Below are positions 1 through 9,896 of a DNA stretch of 64,000 nucleotides, in pieces. Below the pieces are notes generated by a model. That model had not been told where the DNA came from, made no database searches, and worked only from the letters and a program-made list of their open reading frames with translations. The DNA is taken from positions 32,001 through 96,000 of the forward strand of contig NJBI01000005.1 of the NCBI GenBank assembly GCA_005222975.1, in the 5' to 3' direction. The DNA is from Promethearchaeota archaeon Loki_b31 (GTDB lineage: Archaea > Asgardarchaeota > Lokiarchaeia > Sigyniarchaeales > SOKP01). A program made the position numbers and the translations under genes. Every line of letters begins with the position of its first letter. The first letter of the stretch is position 1.

Positions 1-67
1 CTTGAAACTCTTTCTCATAAAGTAATTCTCCTGATTCAATTTGATAAAGAAATAAAAAATAAAGCAT
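1..67 (-). CDS. 5' part of a gene running off the left edge, possibly a longin-like protein (MLYFLFLYQIESGELLYEKEFQ...)
   Basis: Manual translation: ATG at 67-65, open to the window edge. The hydrophobic strand plus 'SG-LL(Y)' pattern resembles longin-type N-termini. Confidence 0.5.
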   Translation of the reverse strand, partial: MLYFLFLYQIESGELLYEKEFQ

Positions 68-299
68 AGGTTCATCAACTAAGGTTAAATAATAATTCTT
101 TTAAATTCTCCTAAAAATAGTTATCTTTCATATAATTGTACAAGGATATTAAATTTGAGTGATAAAAATCATAATACACTATCTTTTTTTTAAATTATTA
201 AAAAAAACAAATAAGTCTTATCTTTTATTTAAATAAGGCTTAGATAATTTCTATTTTATAATAAGAACATTTTAAAAGTTAATTCGTGATTAAAATACT

Positions 300-452
300 A
301 TGAACGCGGTAGTTTGTAAAGAATGTGGGTATTCGTTTTCCGATAAAGAACCTGATAAATATTTCTGTCCTAATTGCTCCAAAGAAATGAAATTTATGAA
401 GATTGAAGCTTTCTGTGGTGCAAAACCCGGAGAACTCTATGAAAAAGATTAA
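300..452 (+). CDS. Small Zn-ribbon protein, 50 aa (MNAVVCKECGYSFSDKEPDKYFCPNCSKEMK...)
   Basis: Manual translation ATG300-TAA452 with two CxxC pairs; not in the ORF track (shorter than its entries). Confidence 0.75.
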   Translation: MNAVVCKECGYSFSDKEPDKYFCPNCSKEMKFMKIEAFCGAKPGELYEKD

Positions 453-601
453 AATAAAAAAATTTATCTGAAATTAAAATTTTTCAACGATTTGCCATTC
501 TTACTAGTTATTTTTAAGAACTAGTTGATTTTTATAGATTTTGGATATTGCCAGAAAATCTTAAGAATAAAATTATAAGTGTAACTACTTTCTTATATTC
601 T

Positions 602-1309
602 ATGACTGAAGCATTATACATGAAAGATTCCTATTTAAAGAATTGGAACGCTAAAGTTGTTTCTGTAAAAGATGATAAATATATTATCCTTGATAAAACA
701 GCTTTCTATCCTAAAGGAGGTGGCCAACCATGGGACGAGGGTTATATAATTAAAGACGGTGATAAATTTAAGGTTGTTTATGTAGGTAAATTTTCTGGGG
801 AAATTAGCCACGAAGTAGAAAAACCGGGATTAAAAAAAGGAGACTTGGTTACATGCGAAATCGATTGGGAAAGGCGATATACCTATATGCGTTATCATAC
901 TGCTTGCCATCTCGTCTCAAATCTACTATTCCGAAGAGCGAACGCTAAAATCACAGGCAACCAGATTGAATTAGATAAAGCAAGAATGGATTTCTCAATG
1001 GAGGATTATTCTCCTGAGAAATTACATACTTATGTTAATGAAGCAAATGAAATTATCCAAAAAAATCTACCTGTTACAATTGGTTATTTATCTCGAGAAG
1101 AGGTTTTACAAAAACCAGAACTAGCTAGATTAGCAATAGGATTACCGAAAAACATTAAGGAATTTCGTATTATTAAAATTGGAGATATAGACGAACAAGT
1201 AGATGGTGGAACGCATGTTAAAAATTTGAATGAAATTGGCGAAATTGAAATCATTAAAACTGTTAATAAAGGAAAAAATAATCGAAGAATGTATTTTGTT
1301 ATAAAGTAA
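602..1309 (+). CDS. alaXM: Alanyl-tRNA editing protein AlaX-M
   Basis: FYPKGGGQPWDEG, MRYHTACH (HxxxH) and DGGTHV motifs. Start moved to ATG602 (MTEALY). Confidence 0.9.
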   Translation: MTEALYMKDSYLKNWNAKVVSVKDDKYIILDKTAFYPKGGGQPWDEGYIIKDGDKFKVVYVGKFSGEISHEVEKPGLKKGDLVTCEIDWERRYTYMRYHTACHLVSNLLFRRANAKITGNQIELDKARMDFSMEDYSPEKLHTYVNEANEIIQKNLPVTIGYLSREEVLQKPELARLAIGLPKNIKEFRIIKIGDIDEQVDGGTHVKNLNEIGEIEIIKTVNKGKNNRRMYFVIK

Positions 1310-1313
1310 GAAA

Positions 1314-1859
1314 ATGATAAAAATAACTTATTTTGTTCACGGAACTACGACACAAAATGAGATGGGAGTAGCTGCGGGTTGGTTACCTGGTGATTTATCA
1401 ATTTTAGGATTAAAGCAATCAATTGAGTTAGGAAACATAGTATCAAATAAAAAATTCGAAGTAATATTTTCTTCTGATTTAAAAAGAGCTGTTGATACAG
1501 CTAATCTCGCATTTGGCAGTGAATTTCAAATAATTCAAGATAAGCGATTAAGAGAAGTTGATCTTGGTGATTTCACAAATAAACTTGTTTCTGAATTTCA
1601 ATCCAATTTTTCCGAATATATTAAAAAACCATTCCCTAATGGAGAAAGTTTTAAGGATGTTGAAACTAGGATTTCTAAGTTCTTAAGTTCCATAAGGAGA
1701 AAATATTCTGGAAAATATGTCGCTATCGTTGCTCATCGTGCACCTCAATTAGCGCTAGATGTAATTTTAAGAAGTAAAACATGGAGACAAGCGATTGCTG
1801 AAGATTGGAGGCTAACCAAATCTTGGAAACCCGGTTGGGAATACTATATTCGAGAATAG
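1314..1859 (+). CDS. Histidine phosphatase (phosphoglycerate mutase-like) family protein
   Basis: FVHG, SSDLKRA, LRE, GESF and VAH motifs. Confidence 0.85.
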   Translation: MIKITYFVHGTTTQNEMGVAAGWLPGDLSILGLKQSIELGNIVSNKKFEVIFSSDLKRAVDTANLAFGSEFQIIQDKRLREVDLGDFTNKLVSEFQSNFSEYIKKPFPNGESFKDVETRISKFLSSIRRKYSGKYVAIVAHRAPQLALDVILRSKTWRQAIAEDWRLTKSWKPGWEYYIRE

Positions 1860-1874
1860 AAAAAAATTATTTAA

Positions 1875-2316
1875 TTAAAAAAAGATTCTAAGAAAATTAT
1901 CCACCACTTCAATTGTTTGATCTTCCCTACCTGACTTAGGAAAAACCTTATTTAATAAATAAGTTTCAATTTCCATCACATCAAGACCGACTAGCTTATT
2001 TTCTGCTGTTTTTATTATGTTGTTAATAATTTTAGCAGCACTAATGATAGTTGATTGATCAAGTCCTAGAACATTTCTAAATCGAGAAGCAATAATTTCT
2101 TTTAAAGCACCAACATCTACATCAAAGGACAGATAAAAATTTGATTTCAATGTATCCTTTAGGATTTGATTTAATTTATCTAGCATTTGTGAAGTTTCTG
2201 CTTTGGGTATGAATTTAACACCGTTTCTTTCCATTTTATCATAGAACTCAACAAATTCTACAATTCTTGGATCATTTAAAGCTCGATATTTTTGATCTGG
2301 ATAATCTTGACATCCT
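1875..2316 (-). pseudogene. N-terminally truncated arginase/ureohydrolase-family gene
   Basis: YLSFDVDV and GLDVMEI motifs. The frame extends upstream (GCQDYPDQKYRALNDPRIVEF) and hits TGA near 2330, so the N-terminal half is absent. Confidence 0.6.
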
Positions 2317-2758
2317 TTTAATTGGAGTCAATAAAAGTGAAATAGAAAATGATGAATTAAGGCAATTGTCTTTTATCTCCAATAGCATTGAGGGTTTTCT
2401 AATAAGAACAATTCCTCGGAGATTTTGGTGTAGAATAAGTTCCAATACATTACAACACAATTTTTCATTTGAATTTTTAGGAAATGCAATCTTTCATCTT
2501 TATCACCAAAAATTTGGAAATTTGATCAAAGCTATGGAAATATTCTTTATCAACACATATACAGATTCAATAGGACATTTCAAAGAAATCTCTTCCGAAA
2601 TAACAGCACAATTTGCCAAGAAATGGAAAGCCAAAATCGAAGAATGGAAAAAAAGGGTTGACTGTGAATATGCTTGGGCATGCCAAATTTGCCCCTATCG
2701 AGAAAACTGCTATTATGTTAAAGAAGTTCTAATTAAGAGAGAAGAATTAGGAAAATGA
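2267..2758 (+). pseudogene. Probably N-terminally truncated CdhC/ACS-like small protein
   Basis: EGFLIRTIPRRFWCRIS...SFEFLGNAI pattern and C-terminal Cys cluster (DCEYAWACQICPYRENC). Its 5' end overlaps the opposite-strand arginase fragment. Confidence 0.5.
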
Positions 2759-2857
2759 AAAATCTTGAAAAAAAACCATTAATCCTCGCAATTATCGGAA
2801 AAGGTGGTAAAAAAAACCAAACTTTATTGTACTGATTTCATCTAATTAATCTAATAA

Positions 2858-3835
2858 TTAAATGTTAAACATGTCGTCATACATATCGTCTTCTTCTCCC
2901 TCTTCTCCCTCTTCACCCTCTTCTAGTTCAACCCCGTACCAATATTGCTCTTGCGCTTTCGTCTTTCTTTTTATTTTCTTTCGTTCTTTGTATTTTGGTT
3001 TTTCGTCATAGCGTTTAGTATAAATTTTTTCGTATTTTGCTCTTAAAGCTTCTACATCTTCAACTTGTCCTATTTTCTCTTGTAAACCATCTTCAAAGAA
3101 ATAATTTCTTTTAAATTTTTTTGCTGGAATTCCTACGTAGATATAACCATCCTCGAGTTTTTGATCTACCGTTGTTATTGAATTAGCAGCTAAGACGCTT
3201 CTTTTTCCGATATAAGTACCAGGCATGATTATTGCGTGAGATCCAATTCTAACATCGTCTTCAATAATAGTTCTCTTAATTATGAGGAGATTACCGATAA
3301 TTACACTAGATTGTACAATTGCTCCTTGACCAACAACAACGTTTTTTCCGAACGAAATAAATTCAGTATCCACCCAGCCTTCAAATAAAGAGTTTGAAAA
3401 TTTTGTCTTTACACCGAACACTTTAAAGCAAATATTGTTTAAGAAAGGAAAAGGAAATCGATGACTTAACCAAAATGGCCATCTTTTTATTATATTCCTA
3501 ATACACCAATACCGATAATCCTTATCGCTTGGATGTCTTAAAAATATGCCAACTTGTGGCTTGTGAATGACATTAACGGCCATAAATAAGATTTTGGCAA
3601 TAAAAATTGCACTAAATACAAGGGTAATATACATTGGTAGAATTACAAGAGGTAGGAAAGTATAAAAGTGAATCGGTCTACTATAATTCCACAAAAATCG
3701 CCAATAAACCCAAAATTCTAAAAAAACAGGAATAAAACTGAACCAAACAATAATTAGATAGAAAAATAAATATCTTTTCTTTACTAAAACTGTCGGTATA
3801 AATGGACCTATGCGCATAGTATTAGGAATTGACAT
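2858..3835 (-). CDS. Membrane-anchored LbH (hexapeptide) acyltransferase-like protein, unit 3 of copy A
   Basis: Two TM segments, then hexapeptide repeats (GKNVVVGQGAIV; EDDVRIGSHAIIMPG) ending GIPAK. Paralog of 8060..8986. Confidence 0.8.
   Translation of the reverse strand: MSIPNTMRIGPFIPTVLVKKRYLFFYLIIVWFSFIPVFLEFWVYWRFLWNYSRPIHFYTFLPLVILPMYITLVFSAIFIAKILFMAVNVIHKPQVGIFLRHPSDKDYRYWCIRNIIKRWPFWLSHRFPFPFLNNICFKVFGVKTKFSNSLFEGWVDTEFISFGKNVVVGQGAIVQSSVIIGNLLIIKRTIIEDDVRIGSHAIIMPGTYIGKRSVLAANSITTVDQKLEDGYIYVGIPAKKFKRNYFFEDGLQEKIGQVEDVEALRAKYEKIYTKRYDEKPKYKERKKIKRKTKAQEQYWYGVELEEGEEGEEGEEDDMYDDMFNI
2890..2923. repeat. Imperfect 9-bp tandem repeat encoding EEGEEGEEGEE
   Basis: tcttctccc tcttctccc tcttcaccc tcttc visible in the sequence. 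Confidence 0.75.
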
Positions 3836-3837
3836 TT

Positions 3838-5676
3838 CTACCCTTCATTATTTTCCGTTTTTATTAATTTCTTTTTATCCTCATCAATATTAACTTCGTG
3901 TGTCATCTCAACTTTCACTTGCTCGTCAACATCGCGCTTTATTATAATATCTCTTCTCTCTTCGGCATATTTATTTTCTTTAAGTTTAATTCCGGGAATT
4001 CCAAAATATATCCAATTTGGTTCTAAAATTTGATTATATGTAGTTGTACTGATAGCGCCCATAACCGAATCGTGTCCCATTATCGTGCCAGGCGCGATAG
4101 TGGTGTGACCACCAATCATAACATAATCGTCAAATATAACCTTTTTAATTATTAAGTATTTGCCGACTACCATTGAGGACATTATTGTTGCTCCTTGTCC
4201 AATTAAATTATTTCGCCCAAAGTTTACAAATTCGGCATCGCACCACGCATCGTTTAAATGACTCGAAAGATCCATATTTATTCCAAACCATTTAAACGCT
4301 ATTACATCTACCCAGGAAAATGGAGAATTTCTAATTAGCCAGAGGCTGATCTTTTTTAGTTCTGTTCTCAACATCCAAAACTCGTAATCTTTATCTCCAA
4401 TTTCAGCGATAAAAATACCTTCTCGCGGTTTATGTATTAAATTTACAAGAATTAAAAGCAATTTACTAAAAAATAACACTCCGAAGATGAATATGTACAA
4501 CATAGAAAAGATTGCGACTGGTAAAAACAAAATCATTATTAACCCAAAATATCGTGTACATTCATACCAATAAATCGCAACTAATAAACCGCTTAACCAG
4601 AAAATGGGAATATATACTGCCAAAAATTTAACATTTACTCTGCTAATAGCGCTACTAGTAGTAAAATCTAATGCTAGATCTTCTTTTGTAAGACTCTCTA
4701 TATCAACTGGTTCTTCTTTTTCCTGCTTAATCGTAAAATCTTCTTCAAGTTCTTCTTTAATTTTTTCTTTAGTTTTGTCTTTTTTATTTTTTGTAATAAA
4801 ATCATTAAGAGAATCGTTTCGCTCTAAGTCTTCAGGTGTCAAACCTAAATAATCCATAATTTTTTTTTTAAAAATTTTTCGCAGGGGGATTCCTACATAA
4901 TATTTCCCTCCTTTTAATACGCTGTGTTTCGTACATGAAGCTAAGGGTAATAAAAAAGAATCTTTGCCAATTTCGGTTCCTGGACCTATTTGATTCATCG
5001 CAGCGAGGGTAACGTTGTCTTTCAGCTTTATTTCGAAATAGGATATGTTCCCGAAGATGCCCTGCACTAAATGAGACGCTAACGTAGAGTTTACGCCGAT
5101 ATAACAGTTTTTCCCAACATCAATGAATTTATCTGATCCAACAGATTCTTCAATTGTGGACCCTTTTCCAATTTTGCTTGAGCGGGTAAAATTAAAAAAC
5201 CAATTGGAAAGCCAAGGGATCATTCCTTTGGTAAATACATTTTTTCCATATTTTATCATGAAACTTCTCATATGATAATAATTTGCCGTCTTACTTTGTA
5301 TGTTTCTTGGGATTATTCCATTTTTTGAAGGGGACATTTTTTCAGTAATACTCCAACACAATTTTGTTGCTAATCCAATGAATAATAGGTGTATAAGATA
5401 ACAAACTATTATTAAAAGCGGCATTAAAATCAATGAGAGGAGGGGATACAGTTCTGTGAAAAGCATAACAAAATTGCTGGTTTCTAAAAAGTATTTTCGA
5501 AAAATCATAAAAAAATATGCCATTAAGATAATACCAGGGATTATCCAAGAGGAATAGTAAATAACAGCAAATATCAATATGTAGATTTTAAATTGTATTT
5601 TCACGGTTTCTTTAATAACGGCTTCTTGAGAATCCTCTGATTCATCCAATGATTCTGGTTTTATTTTTTCAACCAT
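3838..5676 (-). CDS. Fused units 1+2 membrane LbH protein, copy A
   Basis: Two [2TM+LbH] modules joined by a charged linker. The N-half matches 9897..10847 and the C-half (DFTTSSAI...) matches 8983..9894. Confidence 0.85.
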   Translation of the reverse strand: MVEKIKPESLDESEDSQEAVIKETVKIQFKIYILIFAVIYYSSWIIPGIILMAYFFMIFRKYFLETSNFVMLFTELYPLLSLILMPLLIIVCYLIHLLFIGLATKLCWSITEKMSPSKNGIIPRNIQSKTANYYHMRSFMIKYGKNVFTKGMIPWLSNWFFNFTRSSKIGKGSTIEESVGSDKFIDVGKNCYIGVNSTLASHLVQGIFGNISYFEIKLKDNVTLAAMNQIGPGTEIGKDSFLLPLASCTKHSVLKGGKYYVGIPLRKIFKKKIMDYLGLTPEDLERNDSLNDFITKNKKDKTKEKIKEELEEDFTIKQEKEEPVDIESLTKEDLALDFTTSSAISRVNVKFLAVYIPIFWLSGLLVAIYWYECTRYFGLIMILFLPVAIFSMLYIFIFGVLFFSKLLLILVNLIHKPREGIFIAEIGDKDYEFWMLRTELKKISLWLIRNSPFSWVDVIAFKWFGINMDLSSHLNDAWCDAEFVNFGRNNLIGQGATIMSSMVVGKYLIIKKVIFDDYVMIGGHTTIAPGTIMGHDSVMGAISTTTYNQILEPNWIYFGIPGIKLKENKYAEERRDIIIKRDVDEQVKVEMTHEVNIDEDKKKLIKTENNEG

Positions 5677-5859
5677 TTTTTATCATGTGAAAAGTAATGA
5701 TAAGCTAATAGATAAATTCTTTTTATTATTTACTCAGTCAAATATTACACATTAGTAAAATAGATATGTTTTTTACTTTTTAAATTTATATTAACAACAA
5801 AACAGCCAAAACGATTAAGAGCTAACCTTAATATCACACAAACTAATAGAAAAAATAAC

Positions 5860-6258
5860 ATGAAGAATAGATGTGAAGATTGTGGAAATTGCTGTATCGA
5901 GACAGAGATGATTCTCTCTGACCAAGACATCGAAGCTATCGTTAGTAGTCATAAAACAACCTTAAGAAAAACAGATTTTGTACAAAAAAATGAAGATAAC
6001 TTTAATCAATTAAAAAATTTTAACGGACATTGCTTCTTTTTCGATGGAGAAACAAAATTATGTAAAATTTACGAGATAAGACCTCAAGGATGCCGATTTT
6101 ATCCTTTAATTTACGATTCAGATAAGAAATCATGTGTTTTTGATAGCGAATGTCCACGACCAGAACTTTTTTATCCAAATAAGAATACAGTTCGAAGAAC
6201 TTGCAAAAAGATAATAAGTTTCTTAGAGAACCAAGTAATTTTTTCTAAATTACGATAA
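5860..6258 (+). CDS. YkgJ-family (CxxCxxCC) cysteine cluster protein
   Basis: CEDCGNCC, CFFFD, CKIYEIRPQGCRFYP motifs. Confidence 0.85.
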   Translation: MKNRCEDCGNCCIETEMILSDQDIEAIVSSHKTTLRKTDFVQKNEDNFNQLKNFNGHCFFFDGETKLCKIYEIRPQGCRFYPLIYDSDKKSCVFDSECPRPELFYPNKNTVRRTCKKIISFLENQVIFSKLR

Positions 6259-7252
6259 TAGTTTTTATATAATCTCGGTTTTTCTCGTAAGAAACAAAAG
6301 CTTCTTGAATATAATTTAACGCATACTCTTTAGAAATTAATCCTTTAACCTTAACTTTTCCTGAACTTAACCCTTCAATAGCTTTATCAAAGGGACCACA
6401 TCTACTGCTGTAAATAGTAATTTCCCTGACCACAATATCGGTAAAATTAATTAGAGTTTCTAACCCGTGAGTACTTTTTATGTGGACTTTTCCACGCGTT
6501 TTACACGAAGAAACAACATCCTTTAGGGCATCTAGGTTTCCTGTAGTATCAACAACGATATCAGCTCCAATGTCTTTTGTTAATTCTCTAATTTCAGTTT
6601 GTATATCTTTTACATTCAAACGATTAATTGAATAGTGTGCGCCAAACTTTTTAGCTAAGGCAAGTTTTTTATCTGAACCGTCAATTACAATTAACTTTAA
6701 TCCTTTTAATAACGCAACTTGAGTTAGCAATAAGCCTAACTTTCCAAGACCAAAAATTGCAACAAATTTATCGTCTTTTTCTATAGGCATCATTTCAAAA
6801 GTTTGATAGGCTGCGGCTAACGGTTCGATAAAGGTAGCTTCTTCGTAAGAAATCTTTTTCGGTAATTCGTGTATCAAATAAGACTCGACAGCAATGAACT
6901 CCGCGAACGCTCCATTGATATCGATCCCTAAAGCTTTTCTAGAGATACATTGTGTAAACATGTCTCGTTTACAATAATAACATTCAAAATCAATGTTACT
7001 ATTAATTTCTGAAGTCACTCGTTTACCTAGCCAAGTGCGGGCTACATTTTTCCCTACTTCTACAATTTCACCAGCAAATTCGTGCCCTAATATGAGTGGG
7101 ATGGTAGTTGGAAGATATCCACTTACTATTGCTATATCCGTGCCACAAATTCCCACAGCTTTTACTTGGATTAAAACTTGAGAATCCTCAGGCTCAGGTT
7201 TAGACACTTCTTTAATAGCAATTTTGTGCCCATCAAATACAGCAGCTTTCAT
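6245..7252 (-). CDS. Zn-dependent medium-chain alcohol/polyol dehydrogenase
   Basis: GICGTD, LGHEFAG, EPLA and GLGKLG motifs. Start placed at MKAAVFDG (7252). Confidence 0.9.
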   Translation of the reverse strand: MKAAVFDGHKIAIKEVSKPEPEDSQVLIQVKAVGICGTDIAIVSGYLPTTIPLILGHEFAGEIVEVGKNVARTWLGKRVTSEINSNIDFECYYCKRDMFTQCISRKALGIDINGAFAEFIAVESYLIHELPKKISYEEATFIEPLAAAYQTFEMMPIEKDDKFVAIFGLGKLGLLLTQVALLKGLKLIVIDGSDKKLALAKKFGAHYSINRLNVKDIQTEIRELTKDIGADIVVDTTGNLDALKDVVSSCKTRGKVHIKSTHGLETLINFTDIVVREITIYSSRCGPFDKAIEGLSSGKVKVKGLISKEYALNYIQEAFVSYEKNRDYIKTIIVI

Positions 7253-7271
7253 GTTTTGAATCTTTTTAAGA

Positions 7272-8057
7272 TTATTGAAGATAGAACTCTGGTCTTCTAT
7301 CATTTAGTATATCATTATAACTATTAAGTTTTTTATCTCTTGTGTGGATTACATCAATTTCTATAAATTTAATATAGACTTTATCCATTGGTGCGGACGA
7401 GAGTATGTCCCCATTATAAGACGTGATTTGGCTTCCCCCCGTAAACTTAAAATCGTCTTCTCCCCTTACTTCGTTGCCAATTCTGTTAGAAGTTACAGCA
7501 AAAACGCGATTTACCAAACAATGAGTAGTCATAGCTTTTTGGCAATACGGAAGTACTAAGTTAGCGGGATGCGCAATGATATCGGCTCCAAGAAGCGTGA
7601 GCGTACGAATTGTCTCCGGAAAAAACCAATCGAAACAAATCATTATTCCGATTTTCACATTGTTTACTTCATAAATTCGTAAAGGCTTGTTTCCAGGAGA
7701 GAACCATAGGCGTTCTTTATAGTATAGATGGATTTTCCTATATGTGCCAATAACTTCATTTTTTGAAACTATCATCGCAGAATTGAATATTTCATCGCCA
7801 TCTTTCTCAATAAATCCTCCAATTACGACCCCACCTGTATCTTTTGATAATTTCTTTAGAAATTGAGCGGTTTGCCCGTTAATGTCTTCCGCTAAGGATT
7901 CAGCTTCTTTTTTAGAAATGAAAGCGTAACCTGTTGCGAAAAGTTCAGGTAATACAATTAAATCTGCTTTGGTATTGCTTAATAAAATCGTTACTTGTTC
8001 AAAGTTTTGAGTTTTTTCGCTAAAGGTTGGAGAGGTTTGAACATAACCAATTTTCAT
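7272..8057 (-). CDS. Nitrilase / carbon-nitrogen hydrolase family amidase
   Basis: LPELF, YRKIHL and ICFDWFFPE give the E-K-C triad. Confidence 0.9.
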   Translation of the reverse strand: MKIGYVQTSPTFSEKTQNFEQVTILLSNTKADLIVLPELFATGYAFISKKEAESLAEDINGQTAQFLKKLSKDTGGVVIGGFIEKDGDEIFNSAMIVSKNEVIGTYRKIHLYYKERLWFSPGNKPLRIYEVNNVKIGIMICFDWFFPETIRTLTLLGADIIAHPANLVLPYCQKAMTTHCLVNRVFAVTSNRIGNEVRGEDDFKFTGGSQITSYNGDILSSAPMDKVYIKFIEIDVIHTRDKKLNSYNDILNDRRPEFYLQ

Positions 8058-8059
8058 GA

Positions 8060-8986
8060 TTAATCCTTTTCTTCAGTTTTTTCTATAGTTATTTCTTCGG
8101 ATTTTTCTTTTCTTATGTGAATTCTTCTTTCTTTGAGAGGTATTTTTTTTTTAACTTGCCGTTTAACATATTGTTCGTCGTATTTCTTTAATAATCCGTC
8201 AAGGTCTCCAATGGTTTTAGTAAGTTTTTCGAGTGGAATGTCTTCGAAAAATCTATTTTTCTTGAATTTTTTCGCAGGACCCCCATTGTACACCCAACCT
8301 TCTTCTAGTTCTTGACCTACCATTGTAGACGACCAAGTGTTTAAAATACAGTTTTTTCCTATATGGGTGCCTGGCATAATTATTATATGTGCGCCTATTC
8401 TAACGTTTTCTTCAATGATAGTTTTTTTAATGATTAAAAAGTTTCCTATAATAACTGAAGATTGTATTATAGCGCCCTGGCCAACAACTACATTTTTACC
8501 GAACTCAATATATTCAGTATCCACCCAACCTTCAAAAAGCGAGTTAGAAAATTTTGTTTTTACACCAAATACCTTGAAACAAATATTGTCTAAAAATGGA
8601 AAGGGAAATTTATGCGCGAGCCAGGTTGGCCACTTTTTAATTGTATTTCTAAGACTCCAATATCTATAATCCTTGTCTGCGGGATCCCTTAGAAAAACGC
8701 CTTCTCTTGGTTTGTGAAAAACATTAACTATAATTAATAAAATTTTAGCAAAGAATATCGCAGCAAACACGGTTGTGATGTACATTACAATGAAAAAAAG
8801 AGGTAAAAACACGTAGAAATGAAGTGGTCTTATATCATACCACAACATTTGCCAATACCACCAAATTTCCAATATCGCAGGAAGTAGACTTATCCATATT
8901 AAAAAAATATACATAAGCAGATACTTTTTCTTAGCCAGTACGGTTGCACAAAAAGGACCTATGCGCATTGAATTCGGAACGCTCAC
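8060..8986 (-). CDS. Membrane LbH protein, unit 3 of copy B
   Basis: 2TM plus hexapeptide repeats; shares long identical stretches with 2858..3835 (FKVFGVKTKFSNSLFEGWVDTE). Confidence 0.8.
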   Translation of the reverse strand: MSVPNSMRIGPFCATVLAKKKYLLMYIFLIWISLLPAILEIWWYWQMLWYDIRPLHFYVFLPLFFIVMYITTVFAAIFFAKILLIIVNVFHKPREGVFLRDPADKDYRYWSLRNTIKKWPTWLAHKFPFPFLDNICFKVFGVKTKFSNSLFEGWVDTEYIEFGKNVVVGQGAIIQSSVIIGNFLIIKKTIIEENVRIGAHIIIMPGTHIGKNCILNTWSSTMVGQELEEGWVYNGGPAKKFKKNRFFEDIPLEKLTKTIGDLDGLLKKYDEQYVKRQVKKKIPLKERRIHIRKEKSEEITIEKTEEKD

Positions 8987-9894
8987 TTTTTAACGCCTCC
9001 CTTTTTTCTTCTAAATAAATGTTTTTTATCTTCGTCGATATTAACTTCGTGCTCTACCTCAATTTTTTCTTCTTCGTCAACATCTACTTTTTGTATAATA
9101 TCTCTTCTCATTTCAGCGTATTGATTAGGTTTTAATTTTCTAGCCGGAATACCTGAATATATCCACCCGTCTTCTAGTTTTTGATTAAGAGTGGTAACTG
9201 ATACCGCACCTAAAACAGTATCTTTTCCAAAGTGAGTTCCAGGGGCAATCGTGCTCTGCCCTCCAATAAGAGCGAAATCTTCGAAAGTTATTCTTTTAAT
9301 GATTAGATAATTACCTACTACCATTGAGCTCATTATTACTGCCCCTTGACCGATAGTTACGTTGCTTCCAAACTTAATAAATTCAGCGTCACACCAGGCA
9401 TCGTTCAAGTGGCTTGAGAAATCCATACTTACTCCAAACCAACGAAATGCTATTACATCTATCCAAGGTAAAGGCCAGTTTCTTATTAGCCACAAAACAA
9501 TCTTCTTTATTTCGGTTCTTAACCTCCAAAATTCAAAATCCGTGTCTCCCTTCTCAGTTCGGAATATTCCTTCTTTGGGAAGGTGAATTAAATTTATTAA
9601 AATTAACAGAAGCTTACTAAAAAAGAAGCAACTAATAATAAATAGAAATGTGAACGCTAACAATAAAAGTGGTAAAAATAACAATTTAATTATCCATGGT
9701 AGTTTGCTTACAGTGTAGCCGTACCAAAAAGTTGCTACAATAATACCTGAAAACCAAAAAATTGGTAAATATACTATTAAAAACTTAAGACTAACTCTGT
9801 TTATAGCAGAACTTGTAGTAAAATCAATATTAAAGTCAGAGTCATCATCTATGTTTTCAGGACCTTTATTTTCATCTTCTATAGTTTCAGCCAT
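8983..9894 (-). CDS. Membrane LbH protein, unit 2 of copy B
   Basis: DFTTSSAI and SSHLNDAWCDAEF are shared with the C-half of 3838..5676. Confidence 0.8.
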   Translation of the reverse strand: MAETIEDENKGPENIDDDSDFNIDFTTSSAINRVSLKFLIVYLPIFWFSGIIVATFWYGYTVSKLPWIIKLLFLPLLLLAFTFLFIISCFFFSKLLLILINLIHLPKEGIFRTEKGDTDFEFWRLRTEIKKIVLWLIRNWPLPWIDVIAFRWFGVSMDFSSHLNDAWCDAEFIKFGSNVTIGQGAVIMSSMVVGNYLIIKRITFEDFALIGGQSTIAPGTHFGKDTVLGAVSVTTLNQKLEDGWIYSGIPARKLKPNQYAEMRRDIIQKVDVDEEEKIEVEHEVNIDEDKKHLFRRKKGGVKK

Positions 9895-9896
9895 TT

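Noticed and set aside
602-1309. AlaX-M as partner of the LbH system (aminoacyl-tRNA donor idea)
   Set aside because: Separated from it by the suspected chimeric junction near 2310, and AlaX-M is an ordinary housekeeping editor.
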